Source: Nitrospirota bacterium
GTDB lineage: Bacteria; Nitrospirota; UBA9217
NCBI GenBank assembly: GCA_963845065.1
Contig: CAWJQQ010000008.1
Coordinates: 128,001 to 192,000 of the forward strand
Direction of reading: 5' to 3'
Length of the DNA stretch: 64,000 nucleotides
Of the stretch, positions 10,838-20,829 are shown piece after piece; position 1 is the first letter of the stretch; each line of letters begins with the position of its first letter. The position numbers and the translations under genes are program-made. Under the pieces are notes generated by a model. That model ran no database searches. It had not been told where the DNA came from and saw only the letters and a program-made list of their open reading frames with translations.

Positions 10838-11992
10838 CCGAAAAGCGGAACGGTGTTCGGCGCCATGGCCGCAAACTTCGCCCTTGTTCTTGACAGAAGC
10901 GGGTCCATGGATGGAGAGAAGATGGCGAACATGAAAGAAGCAGTAGGCTATGTGGTTGATCATTTGAGCGACCGCGACCTTGTTTCCATCACGATCTTTG
11001 ACGACCAAGTAGAGACGTTGGTTTCAAACCAGTTTGCTCAGAATCGTGATGAAATCAAGACAAACGTTGAATCAATAATAGCGCGCGGCGGAACTCAGAT
11101 ATCGGACGGGCTCAGGGCAGGATTAAAAGAAGCAATGAAGGGATATGCAAAGGAGCGAGTAAGCCGGATGCTTCTGCTCACCGATGGCCGGACCTGGGAC
11201 GACGAGGATGAGAGCCTCAAACTAGCCGACGAGGCAGGAAAGCGGGGTATTGCGATCACGAGCATCGGTATCGGGGATGATTGGAACGAAAAACTTCTGC
11301 TTCAGCTCGCAGAGCGGTCTCGCGGGAATTCCCATTGGATACAGAACCCGATTTCGATCCTCGATGCATTCCGGCAAGAGGTGGATGGCATGCAGACCGT
11401 AGCTGCAACAAACCTGAAAGTCACTATTCACATGAGTCCCGGCGTTCGGCCCATCAAGACATACACCACGGTCCCGATGATCGCCGATGTAACGCAGAAA
11501 GCTGTGAGAAACAATATCGTGGCCACAGATCTTGGCACTCTCGACGGCGCGAGGGGACAGACAATGCTGCTCGAGGCACGGGTACCTGTAGGAAAAGCAG
11601 GAAGGTTTCGCCTTGGCGAGGTGGAAGTTTCTTATGATATTCCAACAGAGGGCATTAGGGCGCAGAAGAGCAAGACAGACCTCTTCATTACGTTCACTGC
11701 GGACACTGCAACAGCCGCTAAAGTGAATGCCGAAGTGATGAACCTAGTTGAGAAAGTGAGCGCGTTCAAGCTCCAGACCAGGGCGTTGACTGAAGTGGAA
11801 GCTGGCAATATTTCGGCCGCGACGCAGAAGCTTCAGGCTGCTGCGACGGTGTTTCTTAACCTGGGCGAAGATGAACTCGCCGAAACAGCTGAAAAGGAAA
11901 TCCTGGGGCTCAAAAAGACCGGCAGCCTGAGTTCCGTGGGGACCAAAAAGCTCGAATACGGTACGAGGAAACTGACACAGACGATGAAGTAG
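10742..11992 (+). CDS. von Willebrand factor A (vWA) domain protein
   Basis: MIDAS VLDRSGSM, GGT, LLTDG, IGIGDDWNE; helical C-terminus; AAGGAGG RBS. Confidence 0.9.
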   Translation: MKNELNVRCIMSKDSLTVTGSEQAVYALIDIKPKSGTVFGAMAANFALVLDRSGSMDGEKMANMKEAVGYVVDHLSDRDLVSITIFDDQVETLVSNQFAQNRDEIKTNVESIIARGGTQISDGLRAGLKEAMKGYAKERVSRMLLLTDGRTWDDEDESLKLADEAGKRGIAITSIGIGDDWNEKLLLQLAERSRGNSHWIQNPISILDAFRQEVDGMQTVAATNLKVTIHMSPGVRPIKTYTTVPMIADVTQKAVRNNIVATDLGTLDGARGQTMLLEARVPVGKAGRFRLGEVEVSYDIPTEGIRAQKSKTDLFITFTADTATAAKVNAEVMNLVEKVSAFKLQTRALTEVEAGNISAATQKLQAAATVFLNLGEDELAETAEKEILGLKKTGSLSSVGTKKLEYGTRKLTQTMK

Positions 11993-12067
11993 GGGCAGAG
12001 GGCAGAGAACAACTAGTTACGCTATGTTCCCTGTTCTATGCCAAAACAAAAAAAGGAGGACATTACC

Positions 12068-12505
12068 ATGAAATGCAAAGAATGTAAGATGGAGAATATC
12101 GAAGGAGCACTTTTCTGTGAAGAGTGTGGGGCAAAACTGGAAGAGATGCCGGATCTTGTCGAAACGGCGGTAGAAGGAGGCAACACAAACATCGTGCTCG
12201 CTACTCCAGATGGAAGCAAATTGCAGATTCCGGCAAAAGACGAAGTAATCATCGGAAGGGAAGACCCCATCAGCGAGGTATTCCCTGATGTGGACCTGAC
12301 CAGCCTGGGCGGTATGGAAAAAGGTGTATCCCGAAAACACGCGGTCATTCACCGTTCTGGTACTGACTTTACCGTCGAGGATATGGGATCTACAAACGGC
12401 ACGTATATCAACAAGAAACGCATCCAGCCCCACGCGCCACAGATGATCAAGCCCGGCGATGAGGTCAAATTTGGGAAATTGTCGCTGTCGGTCAAGGCGG
12501 CATAG
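12068..12505 (+). CDS. Zinc-ribbon + FHA domain protein
   Basis: CKEC...CEEC ribbon; canonical FHA IIGRED...VSRKHA...DMGSTNGTYIN. Confidence 0.9.
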   Translation: MKCKECKMENIEGALFCEECGAKLEEMPDLVETAVEGGNTNIVLATPDGSKLQIPAKDEVIIGREDPISEVFPDVDLTSLGGMEKGVSRKHAVIHRSGTDFTVEDMGSTNGTYINKKRIQPHAPQMIKPGDEVKFGKLSLSVKAA

Positions 12506-12587
12506 GGAAAGCAAGAAGGCAGGAGAGGGCAAGGGTCAAAAAACAGACTCCTGGTCGGCTCTTGTCTCCTCATTACGGGAGGATTAT

Positions 12588-14834
12588 ATGACAACCATAG
12601 CAAATATAGTATTGTACGCAATTGCGGGCGCTCTGGGTGGCTCTGCTGCCTGGGCGTTCGTCATAGCTATATCATCAACGTCAGCAAGCGGGCTGGTCAC
12701 TGAAATGATGCTTGGCAGCCTTGCAGGTATGTTTATCGGCGCGTTCATATGGAGTCACGAACCGATCACCGGAAGGCAGTATAAGGCTGCACTAAAGCGT
12801 GCAGCATACGGCGCAGCAGCAGGTCTTGTCGGAGGCGCTGCCGGCGCAGTTTTGGGCAGCACGGCCTTTACAGCGCTCGGCGCAGCTGTCGCTAATGCAG
12901 GAAGATTTAAAGCATCTCTGGGCGTTGCATTTGCCGTTGCGCTAGGATGGGCAATTCTCGGTGCTGCTGTGGGTGTAAGCGGGGGGGTGATGATCCGGTC
13001 TCGTGATCGTGCCTTATACGGACTCTCCGGCGGCGCCATCGGCGGGCTGCTCGGGGGGCTAATGCTTAACGGGCTTTCGGCAACTTCGATCTGGTCAACA
13101 CTTGCCGGACTCGTTCTGCTTGGACTGTCCATAGGCGCCTTCATCAGTCTCGTTGAGGAGACATTCGTATCAGCGAAATTGAAGGTCATCAAGGGACGAC
13201 ATATCGACAGGGAGTTTCCGCTTCTCAAAGAGACAAACATCGTGGGTAGAGACGACCGCTCCGATGTCTGTCTCTCGGGCGCCGAAGGAGTTGGGTTGCA
13301 GCATGCCTTCATAAAGAGAAAAAATGGGCACTTCTCGATAGAAGCGGATAAGGAAGGAAAGGTCGTATACGTGAACCAGAAGCTGACCAATAACAGCAAA
13401 CTCTCTGATGGCGATGTCATCCGGGTGGGGAGCATCCTGCTCATGTTTTCAGCCCTGAAAAAGGCGGCGGTTATGGCAGCGATCATCGTTCTGGGTACAA
13501 TCGCCTTGGGAGTGCATTCGGCACAGGCAAGCGATCCGGCGTCGGTCCAGATCAGTCAGTTTGACTTGAGCAACTTTCCCATGGTCAAAGCCTATGTTTC
13601 AGTACTCGATTCCACGGGTAAACCAATACGAGGTTTAGGAAAAGAAGATGTTACGCTCATGGAGAATAACAGGCCCGTTTCGATCGATACAATGCAGATG
13701 TACGGATCAGGCGGCAAGCCTGAGCCCTTCAGCCTTGCCATTGTCGTCGACCGGAGTGGCTCAATGGCCGGAGAGAAGATCATGCGGGCAAAAGAATCGG
13801 TGAAGCAGTTCCTGTCGCTCATGGAGCCTGGCGACAAGGCGGCCCTCGTTACGTTCAGTGACAATGTTGAGCTGGCAGAACCTCTGACTGACGACATGTC
13901 TCGGGTGAAACAATCAGCGGAAACCATCAAAGCTGGCGGCCATACAGCCCTGTTTGACGCCATCGCACGCGGTGTCGAAATTGTGCAGAACATTCCTGGC
14001 AGGAGGGCCGTAATAGTTCTCACTGATGGTATCGCCAACCGCGGTGCTCTCGATATGAATCAATCAATCGCTGTCGCAGTACGAAAAGACGTATCTGTTT
14101 ACGTAATCGGCCTCGGAAAAGACGTCAGGGCTTCTCGTCTTGAACTTATCGCCGAGGAAACCGGAGGCTTTTACTTCTTTACACCCTCCGGCGATGGCCT
14201 CTCGGAGATTTACGAGACCATCAGCAGGAGAATCCGGAGCGAGTATATTATCACCTACTTGACGGGAAAGCGGGCTGACTATCTAAGGAATGTAACGCTC
14301 AGCCTCAAGACAGGCCAACAGACCACGCGCGCGTACTTCCAGCCTGAGTCATCGCTGTTTGGCGCTAGTGCCACCGCTCCGGGCTGGGCTTTCGGCGTGA
14401 CCCTGGCAAGCGTCCTTGGGCTTGTAGGAATTTCACTCAGGAAGGTCGAACAACAGTATCGGACAGGTCACCTCAGTCTAGTACGTGGGCAGGGTACTAA
14501 GAAAGACATCGACATCGGTTCAGCCGTAACCATCGGCAGAGACGAGAGGAACACGCTCGGCTTGTTCAGTGACAACAGCATTGAGCAGCAACACGCCCAA
14601 GTCATCAATGAGGGCGGACAGTACTTCATCGAGGACCAGGGCACTCATGCCGGTACCTTTGTGAATAAAAGTAAAGTTTCAGGAAGGCAGGTGCTTAATG
14701 ACGGGGACGTGATCGATCTAGGGAAAACCACGATTCTATTTAGCGACGAACACAAGCGCATGTGCGCGGACTGCGGGAGCCCTGTCAAATCAGCTGCCAA
14801 GTTCTGCGTACACTGCGGTGCGAAGGCGGCTTAG
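12588..14834 (+). CDS. Multi-pass membrane protein: TM bundle-FHA-TM-vWA-TM-FHA-Zn ribbon
   Basis: Gly/Ala-rich TMs; VGRDDRSD..QHAFI; VVDRSGSM/GGHTAL/LTDG; IGRDER..QHAQV..GTFVN; CADC..CVHC. Confidence 0.85.
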   Translation: MTTIANIVLYAIAGALGGSAAWAFVIAISSTSASGLVTEMMLGSLAGMFIGAFIWSHEPITGRQYKAALKRAAYGAAAGLVGGAAGAVLGSTAFTALGAAVANAGRFKASLGVAFAVALGWAILGAAVGVSGGVMIRSRDRALYGLSGGAIGGLLGGLMLNGLSATSIWSTLAGLVLLGLSIGAFISLVEETFVSAKLKVIKGRHIDREFPLLKETNIVGRDDRSDVCLSGAEGVGLQHAFIKRKNGHFSIEADKEGKVVYVNQKLTNNSKLSDGDVIRVGSILLMFSALKKAAVMAAIIVLGTIALGVHSAQASDPASVQISQFDLSNFPMVKAYVSVLDSTGKPIRGLGKEDVTLMENNRPVSIDTMQMYGSGGKPEPFSLAIVVDRSGSMAGEKIMRAKESVKQFLSLMEPGDKAALVTFSDNVELAEPLTDDMSRVKQSAETIKAGGHTALFDAIARGVEIVQNIPGRRAVIVLTDGIANRGALDMNQSIAVAVRKDVSVYVIGLGKDVRASRLELIAEETGGFYFFTPSGDGLSEIYETISRRIRSEYIITYLTGKRADYLRNVTLSLKTGQQTTRAYFQPESSLFGASATAPGWAFGVTLASVLGLVGISLRKVEQQYRTGHLSLVRGQGTKKDIDIGSAVTIGRDERNTLGLFSDNSIEQQHAQVINEGGQYFIEDQGTHAGTFVNKSKVSGRQVLNDGDVIDLGKTTILFSDEHKRMCADCGSPVKSAAKFCVHCGAKAA

Positions 14835-14929
14835 AAGTCAGGGGTCAGCGGGGAGCGGGGCAAGAAGCCCCACGGGCACGAGTACAATGCCCCCCCTATA
14901 AATGTATTCACTGACATCTGAGAGAACTT

Positions 14930-16117
14930 ATGAATCGGCTTCTCAATAAAAGATATGAGATCATCAAGACGCTTGGCAAAGGCGGGATGGGATGCGTTTA
15001 CAAAGTTGTGGACCGTTATAGAAGAGGAAAGGTTCTGGCTATCAAGGAACTTCGAACGGGCAAATTGCAAACGTCAAAAGTTCGTGAAGCGCTCGCCCAA
15101 TTTCAGACTGAGGCGCGGATACTTACGCGCTTGACTCACCCGAACCTGCCGAAAGTCTACGATTATTTCTCGCTGCAGGGCGCATACTACATCGTCATGG
15201 AGTACATCCGGGGCAAGACGCTGGATCAATTGCTGAACGGCTTGCACGGGAAACCTGTGGAAGAACGGCAAGCGCTTTCCTGGGCGCTCCAGATGTGCAG
15301 GGCTATGCACTTTCTAAGCGTGCAAAAGCCGCAGCCCATCGTGTTCCGTGACATGAAGCCCTCGAACATCATGATCGTCCATGACGGCAGAGTGAAGCTG
15401 ATCGACTTCGGCATCGCCCGTTTCTTTAAGGCGGAGCGAAAAGAGGACACCTATGTGTACGGCACACCGGGTTATGCCGCGCCGGAACAGTACGGAATGG
15501 GCCAGACTGACGTGCGCTCAGACCTGTTTTCGCTCGGTGCTACCTTGTATCGCTGCCTTACCGGAGAACATCCGCCGCAAAACCCGCTGGATTTTATTGA
15601 CCTGAGGCGGAAGAACCCGAAGCTCAGCCGGGCGACGGCGGCCATTATCAATAAAGCGTTAGCACCGGACATGGCCAAACGTTACCAGAGCGCATACGAG
15701 ATGAAGATCGCTGTCCAAAATGTCCTTCTCGATCTATCCTCACAGGTCAAAGGAAAGAGGAAGGTCATCTATGCCAAACCGGGAAAGATGATCAAGCTCC
15801 CGTGGTGGAAAAAGACCTCATGGGTGAGCGTGCCAGTCATGTCCCTCGGGTGTAGTGGCGCAACTGGTATGTTGTCAGCGGATGATCGCTGGATCAAGCC
15901 GAAGCCTGAATCGTTCGGCCCCGATGCCATACGGCTGTTGTTCCGCGTGGAAAGTAGCATGTTGAAGGCGGGTCGAGAGTATCGGCCGCACATTACCGTG
16001 AATACCGATGCGGGCATACTCCGGCCGCAGCTGGCATTCAAGAGACAGTGGCCATGGATAATGATCGTGACAGTAGTGATTATCGTATTAATTGCGTTTT
16101 TGTTAATGATGCAGTAA
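14930..16117 (+). CDS. Hanks-type Ser/Thr protein kinase with C-terminal TM anchor
   Basis: GKGGMG, AIKE, FRDMKPSN, DFG, GTPGYAAPE, DLFSLG; hydrophobic C-terminal tail. Confidence 0.93.
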   Translation: MNRLLNKRYEIIKTLGKGGMGCVYKVVDRYRRGKVLAIKELRTGKLQTSKVREALAQFQTEARILTRLTHPNLPKVYDYFSLQGAYYIVMEYIRGKTLDQLLNGLHGKPVEERQALSWALQMCRAMHFLSVQKPQPIVFRDMKPSNIMIVHDGRVKLIDFGIARFFKAERKEDTYVYGTPGYAAPEQYGMGQTDVRSDLFSLGATLYRCLTGEHPPQNPLDFIDLRRKNPKLSRATAAIINKALAPDMAKRYQSAYEMKIAVQNVLLDLSSQVKGKRKVIYAKPGKMIKLPWWKKTSWVSVPVMSLGCSGATGMLSADDRWIKPKPESFGPDAIRLLFRVESSMLKAGREYRPHITVNTDAGILRPQLAFKRQWPWIMIVTVVIIVLIAFLLMMQ

Positions 16118-16235
16118 GGGGATTAGTTTTAAGAGAGAATACCAGATTATCGGAAGAGAGTACCTGATTTTTACCATGAGGGGGGGTGGTCCGGTCCTGT
16201 TCGGGTCAGGATGTACCTCGTTTTTTCATTTTCAG

Positions 16236-16797
16236 TTATGTTTTATTTATTTTGGTTAAAATCCAACCAGCTTGTCTAAATGTCAGTACTTTATCTTTTA
16301 TGAGTCGTTTAAGCGCTGCTATGCTCTTCCTAGCTGTCTGCCATGCGGGAAGTTTATTTAATTCAGCATACAGCCAGTTCTTTTTTTCTGTGACCCAATA
16401 GTAAGTTGCGGCAAAGTTTTTTATCAGCATCAATTTGTCTTTACTTACAAAAAAAAGTCTTGTTATAAAGGCAGTGATAAATCCTTTTGCCAATACAAAG
16501 ATCAGGATGCCTCTCAATGTCTTGCCCTCTGCTACAAGATAAATGCAATATATCTTGGCCGAGCATGATGAGAACAGGGAACAAAAAAAGGGATAATAAA
16601 AGATAGGGATTTTGTCCTGTGAGAAAGGTCTCAAAACGATTAACGATTTTGAGGTGGCCCATTTTCTCCATCAAGGCCATGATGGTGTCCCAAACCCATT
16701 CTTCGAACATTATCCAGAGTGAGGCGAGGACAATAACAACGAATCTGATCGATCTTCTTGCCGATCTTTTCAGCTTCATCTTCTGTCCTCTTTTCAT
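16236..16797 (-). pseudogene. Frameshifted hypothetical membrane protein
   Basis: ORFs 16441..16797 and 16236..16634 read as one hydrophobic protein if the frame switches near 16560 (..PVLIML / AKIYCIYL..). Confidence 0.6.
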
Positions 16798-17113
16798 TTC
16801 TGGAGCATCTGTTTTGTGAAAGCCGCTTTAATACCACAGATGACGTCATCTACTGACGAAATCCTGATCGTGTTGCCAGCAGTTAAGCACATGGTTATAT
16901 GCGATTTTCAGACTAACAGGAAGGATATGTACTACTACTTAAGTTGTTAATCAGCTGTATTTCCGGTGCTTCATCATATTGGCTACTCAAAATAAATATT
17001 TGCTGCAATATGTACTATGTCAACACACTGCAATAATGTAAGTTCCCTTAGAGGCGGAAGTGATATAAGCATTTCTGCCAGATAATAAAAATAACGACCA
17101 ATGATGAAAAAAT

Positions 17114-18460
17114 CTACTCCTTCATCCCATATTTCTTCATCTTTTCGTACAGTGTGGAGTAAGCAATTCCGAGCACCTTAGCGGCTTCGGTTTTGTTCCC
17201 GGAGACTGACTGGAGCGTTGCGTGAATTGCGGCTTTTTCGATTTCTTCGAGCGTCTTGCCGCTCAGGCCTTCGAGAGTTGATGCCTTCTTCCCCTGTGAC
17301 AGGAATAGATCTTTCGCTTCGATCCTGTTACCGTCGCTGAGGGCGCCAGCCCTGCCGAGAACATTCCTGAGTTCCCGCACATTTCCCGGCCAGGGATATG
17401 CGGTGAGAGCTGCCGAGGCTTCCGGCGAAAGCCCTGTGAGCTTTTTGCCTATCTCTGCGGATATGCCGGCGAGCAGATGTCCGGCGATCAGCTCGATGTC
17501 TTCCCTGTGCATGCGAAGCGAAGGGAGATGTACCCTTACCGCTGAAAGGCGATAGAACAGGTCCTCGCGAAACCGGCCGGTTTTCACTTCTTTTTCGAGG
17601 TCACGATTTGTGGCCGCGACAACGCGGATGTTTACCTTTATAGCTAGTTCGGCGCCGACGCGCCTCACTTCGCGCTGATCCAGGGCGCGCAGCAGCTTGG
17701 GCTGCAGAGATGTTGCAAGCTCCCCGATTTCGTCAAGAAACAGCGTGCCGTTGTCGGCAAGCTCGAGGGCGCCTTGCCGGGACTTGACAGCGTCGGTGAA
17801 TGCACCTTTTTCATGGCCGAAGAGTTCGCTCTCGATCAGGTTCGGGGCAACGGCGCCGCAATCGAACACAACAAAGGGGCCCGTTGCTCTACGGCTGCTG
17901 TTGTGGATGGCTCGTGCTGCGAGTTCTTTTCCCGTGCCGGTTTCGCCTTCGATAAGTACGGTGATATCGGTGGGCGCAACGCGCTCCAATATGCCGAAGA
18001 CCTCCCGCATGGGGGAAGACGAGCCGATGAGGTCGCCAAAATAATTAGAGGAACTACGGAGATTCTCTATACGTTCTTCGAGGGGTGAGAAGACCATCTC
18101 GGTCTGTCCCAGGCGGATAAGGGAGCCCGCCTGGATGTATCCTTCTCGCACGCGAACGCCATCGAGAAATGTCCCGTTTGTGCTGTCGAGATCGCGTAAA
18201 ACATATCCATTCGAAGTTTCTTCGACACTGGCGTGCCTGCGTGAGACCGTGGGATCCGTGAGCACAAGGCTGCTATCGGGCATCGTGCCAATCGTGACAA
18301 GGGGGGTCTGGAGTACCATTTCCTTGCCCTCGTCCCTGCCTTTGTTCACGACAAAACGCGCTTTCCTGAGAACAAGCGGCTTCTGCCCCGCACTTGTCAA
18401 CACTTCTGTCTGGTCCGACTTTTTGGCAGGCTGAGAGGATTTTTTATCGGCCTTTTTCAT
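17114..18460 (-). CDS. Sigma54-dependent enhancer-binding activator with N-terminal FHA domain
   Basis: FHA ([15 protein letters not shown]), [49 protein letters not shown], Fis-type HTH. Confidence 0.93.
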   Translation of the reverse strand: MKKADKKSSQPAKKSDQTEVLTSAGQKPLVLRKARFVVNKGRDEGKEMVLQTPLVTIGTMPDSSLVLTDPTVSRRHASVEETSNGYVLRDLDSTNGTFLDGVRVREGYIQAGSLIRLGQTEMVFSPLEERIENLRSSSNYFGDLIGSSSPMREVFGILERVAPTDITVLIEGETGTGKELAARAIHNSSRRATGPFVVFDCGAVAPNLIESELFGHEKGAFTDAVKSRQGALELADNGTLFLDEIGELATSLQPKLLRALDQREVRRVGAELAIKVNIRVVAATNRDLEKEVKTGRFREDLFYRLSAVRVHLPSLRMHREDIELIAGHLLAGISAEIGKKLTGLSPEASAALTAYPWPGNVRELRNVLGRAGALSDGNRIEAKDLFLSQGKKASTLEGLSGKTLEEIEKAAIHATLQSVSGNKTEAAKVLGIAYSTLYEKMKKYGMKE

Positions 18461-18612
18461 ATCGACATTGTAGCATATCAGACTGGTAAAGAACATGGAT
18501 TTCGCCTTGACGTAAGTGCGGCTTTGCCCTATCATAAATAAGAATACCTGCAGACCCGTACGGCGGCAGTTCGATGGGCATTGACGACAAGGTAGCAGAC
18601 AAGAAAAAATCC

Positions 18613-19374
18613 ATGAAAATAATTTCATTTGGCGGAACCGACCCCGGGAAAAAAAGGCGAAATAACGAAGATGCATATTTGATCGACGACAAGATCGGGC
18701 TCTATGCCGTTGCTGATGGTATCGGGGGAAGCGAAGGCGGTGAGGTCGCAAGCCGAATCGCTGTGGATGCGCTGGCAGAGGCGATACCGGACCTGCTTCG
18801 AGAAAAGAATGGGCATCTGCCTTCAGGTGTCGCTTGTAATAATGAATCGGAAAACTCCCTGCTGCGTCAGGCGTTTACGATAGCGAACAACAATATTCGC
18901 CATGCTGGGGATCAAAACCCCGAACTTTCCGGCATGGGCACGACTTTGGCAATGATCCTCTTCAGGGATGAGCTTGTTTGCGTTGCTCATATTGGCGACA
19001 GCAGAGCCTACCTTCTCAGGTCAGGTGAGTTTAGTCGACTGACTGCTGATCATTCGTTTGTGGCAGACCAGCTTCGAGCGGGCGTAATAACAGCAGAACA
19101 GGCGAGAATGAGCCCCTACCGCCACATAATCACGCGGGCGCTGGGTGGAAACGGCGAGGTCCTGCCGGATGTTTCACAGCACCGGGTGCAGAAGGACGAT
19201 AGGTTCCTCTTATGCACCGACGGGCTCACGGAGATGGTCGATGATGAAGACATCGGCAGGATTCTTGCTGAGGCCGCACCCCGGGAGGCCGTGCAGAAAC
19301 TTTTGGCTGTCGCAAACGACCGGGGAGGTGTAGACAATATCACATCGGTCGTGGTATGGGTGGAGGAGATGTAG
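18613..19374 (+). CDS. PP2C-type Ser/Thr phosphatase (second copy)
   Basis: TDPGKKRRNNED, VADGIGG, GMGTT, HIGDSR, LCTDGL, GGVDNIT. Confidence 0.93.
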   Translation: MKIISFGGTDPGKKRRNNEDAYLIDDKIGLYAVADGIGGSEGGEVASRIAVDALAEAIPDLLREKNGHLPSGVACNNESENSLLRQAFTIANNNIRHAGDQNPELSGMGTTLAMILFRDELVCVAHIGDSRAYLLRSGEFSRLTADHSFVADQLRAGVITAEQARMSPYRHIITRALGGNGEVLPDVSQHRVQKDDRFLLCTDGLTEMVDDEDIGRILAEAAPREAVQKLLAVANDRGGVDNITSVVVWVEEM

Positions 19375-19486
19375 ATGTTCAGCATGGAAAAGTGAATCGG
19401 CAAGCAAATGGTATGAACTAACATGAGTAAGTCGATGCTTCAACGGCAAGGACTGTGTAATAAATGCATTTTTCGAGAAACACTCA

Positions 19487-20716
19487 ATGTCGAGACAGAT
19501 AAAAGATGAATACGAAATAATTGCCGAGATCGGCTCCGGCGGTATGGCCACCGTATACAAAGCCGTTCAGAAGTCCCTAGACCGGCCGGTCGCCATCAAG
19601 GAGCTGAAAAAGGCGTTTGCGTCAGACTCCCAGATCGTCCGTCGCTTTGAACGCGAAAGCAAAGTGGCCGCATCGCTCCAGCACGAGAACATCGTCCACA
19701 TCTACGACTACTGGAAAAAACCGCATTACAGCATAGTGATGGAGTATGTGGACGGCGTCAACCTTGCCGATGTAATCGAGAAGACCGGCCCCCTGCCCGC
19801 TGATGTCGGGACAATGATCGCCCTCCAGGTCTGCGATGGCCTCGACTACGCGCACATGCGCGGGCTGATCCATCGTGATATCAAGCCTAGCAACATCATG
19901 ATCAAGAGGAATGGGGAAGTAAAGGTCATGGATTTCGGCATCGCCCAGAGCAGGAACCTGGAAGCCCTGACCATGCCAGGCACGCTCATCGGTACGCCGG
20001 CCTATATGTCACCCGAGCAGGTCCTGGGCCAGCAGCTTGACAGCCGGTCGGATATTTTCTCCTTCGGTATTGTGCTGTATGAGATGTTTACTGGAGTAAA
20101 ACCATTTAAGGACGATGACTCCCGTTCGGTCACGGCCAAGATCCTTAAAGAAAAATTCCTTGCTCCTCGCCGCGTCAACAGCAATATCCCGTGGGGCATT
20201 CAATGGCTCATCAAGAAGTGTCTTCGGAAAAAGCCAAACAGGCGGTACGGATCCGTACTTGAGGTCCGTAAAAAACTGGAAAAGCGGCTTGACCGCAAGT
20301 CAACGAAAGCAGACTCCCTTCAGAAAATCGCCGGTTACCTGGTGTCCATGAATATATTAGAAGCTGCTTCAGACCAGGAAACTCTAGTCTCTATGTCAAA
20401 GGCGCCAAGAATTGGCCGGTACAGCATTGCTCTTGTCGTTTTAGCGTTAATCGTCCTTGCAGCATTAGGTGTCTTATTCTACCAGATACGTGCGAACCAG
20501 CCGTTTGTGTCGCCAGCCACAACCCATCCAGTACTGCCGTCTGTCGCGACTCAGCCCGTGACGCGTCCGCAGGTTACCACATCAACGACACCCACGACGC
20601 CCGACGTAGGACCCCGGGAGGCGTCAGGTTCTCCGAGAGGTGGGGCTCCTCAAACGATTTCTTCCACCTCAATCAGCTCATTGCCAAAATACACCACTTC
20701 TGCACCAACTCCATAG
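19487..20716 (+). CDS. PknB-like Ser/Thr protein kinase with TM and Pro/Thr-rich tail
   Basis: GSGGMATV, VAIKE, HRDIKPSN, DFG, GTPAYMSPE; one TM, then low-complexity P/T/S. Confidence 0.93.
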   Translation: MSRQIKDEYEIIAEIGSGGMATVYKAVQKSLDRPVAIKELKKAFASDSQIVRRFERESKVAASLQHENIVHIYDYWKKPHYSIVMEYVDGVNLADVIEKTGPLPADVGTMIALQVCDGLDYAHMRGLIHRDIKPSNIMIKRNGEVKVMDFGIAQSRNLEALTMPGTLIGTPAYMSPEQVLGQQLDSRSDIFSFGIVLYEMFTGVKPFKDDDSRSVTAKILKEKFLAPRRVNSNIPWGIQWLIKKCLRKKPNRRYGSVLEVRKKLEKRLDRKSTKADSLQKIAGYLVSMNILEAASDQETLVSMSKAPRIGRYSIALVVLALIVLAALGVLFYQIRANQPFVSPATTHPVLPSVATQPVTRPQVTTSTTPTTPDVGPREASGSPRGGAPQTISSTSISSLPKYTTSAPTP

Positions 20717-20829
20717 TCAGGATCAGATGCCGGTCAATGACCAATCGACGTCTGAACAGAAATATAACGGCATCGGAAAAAAGAAAAATAGGACACTACC
20801 GATAACTGACTAACGGAACTCATCTGATG

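Noticed and set aside
12755..14038. Long minus-strand ORFs 12755..13486 and 13592..14038
   Set aside because: Antisense shadows of the membrane FHA/vWA gene.
18461..18751. 97-aa N-terminal extension of the sigma54 activator ORF
   Set aside because: Overlaps the divergent PP2C gene and looks non-coding; ATG 18460 preferred.
9465..20716. Type VI secretion regulatory cluster (PpkA/PppA/Fha)
   Set aside because: No tss structural genes, hcp or vgrG in the window.
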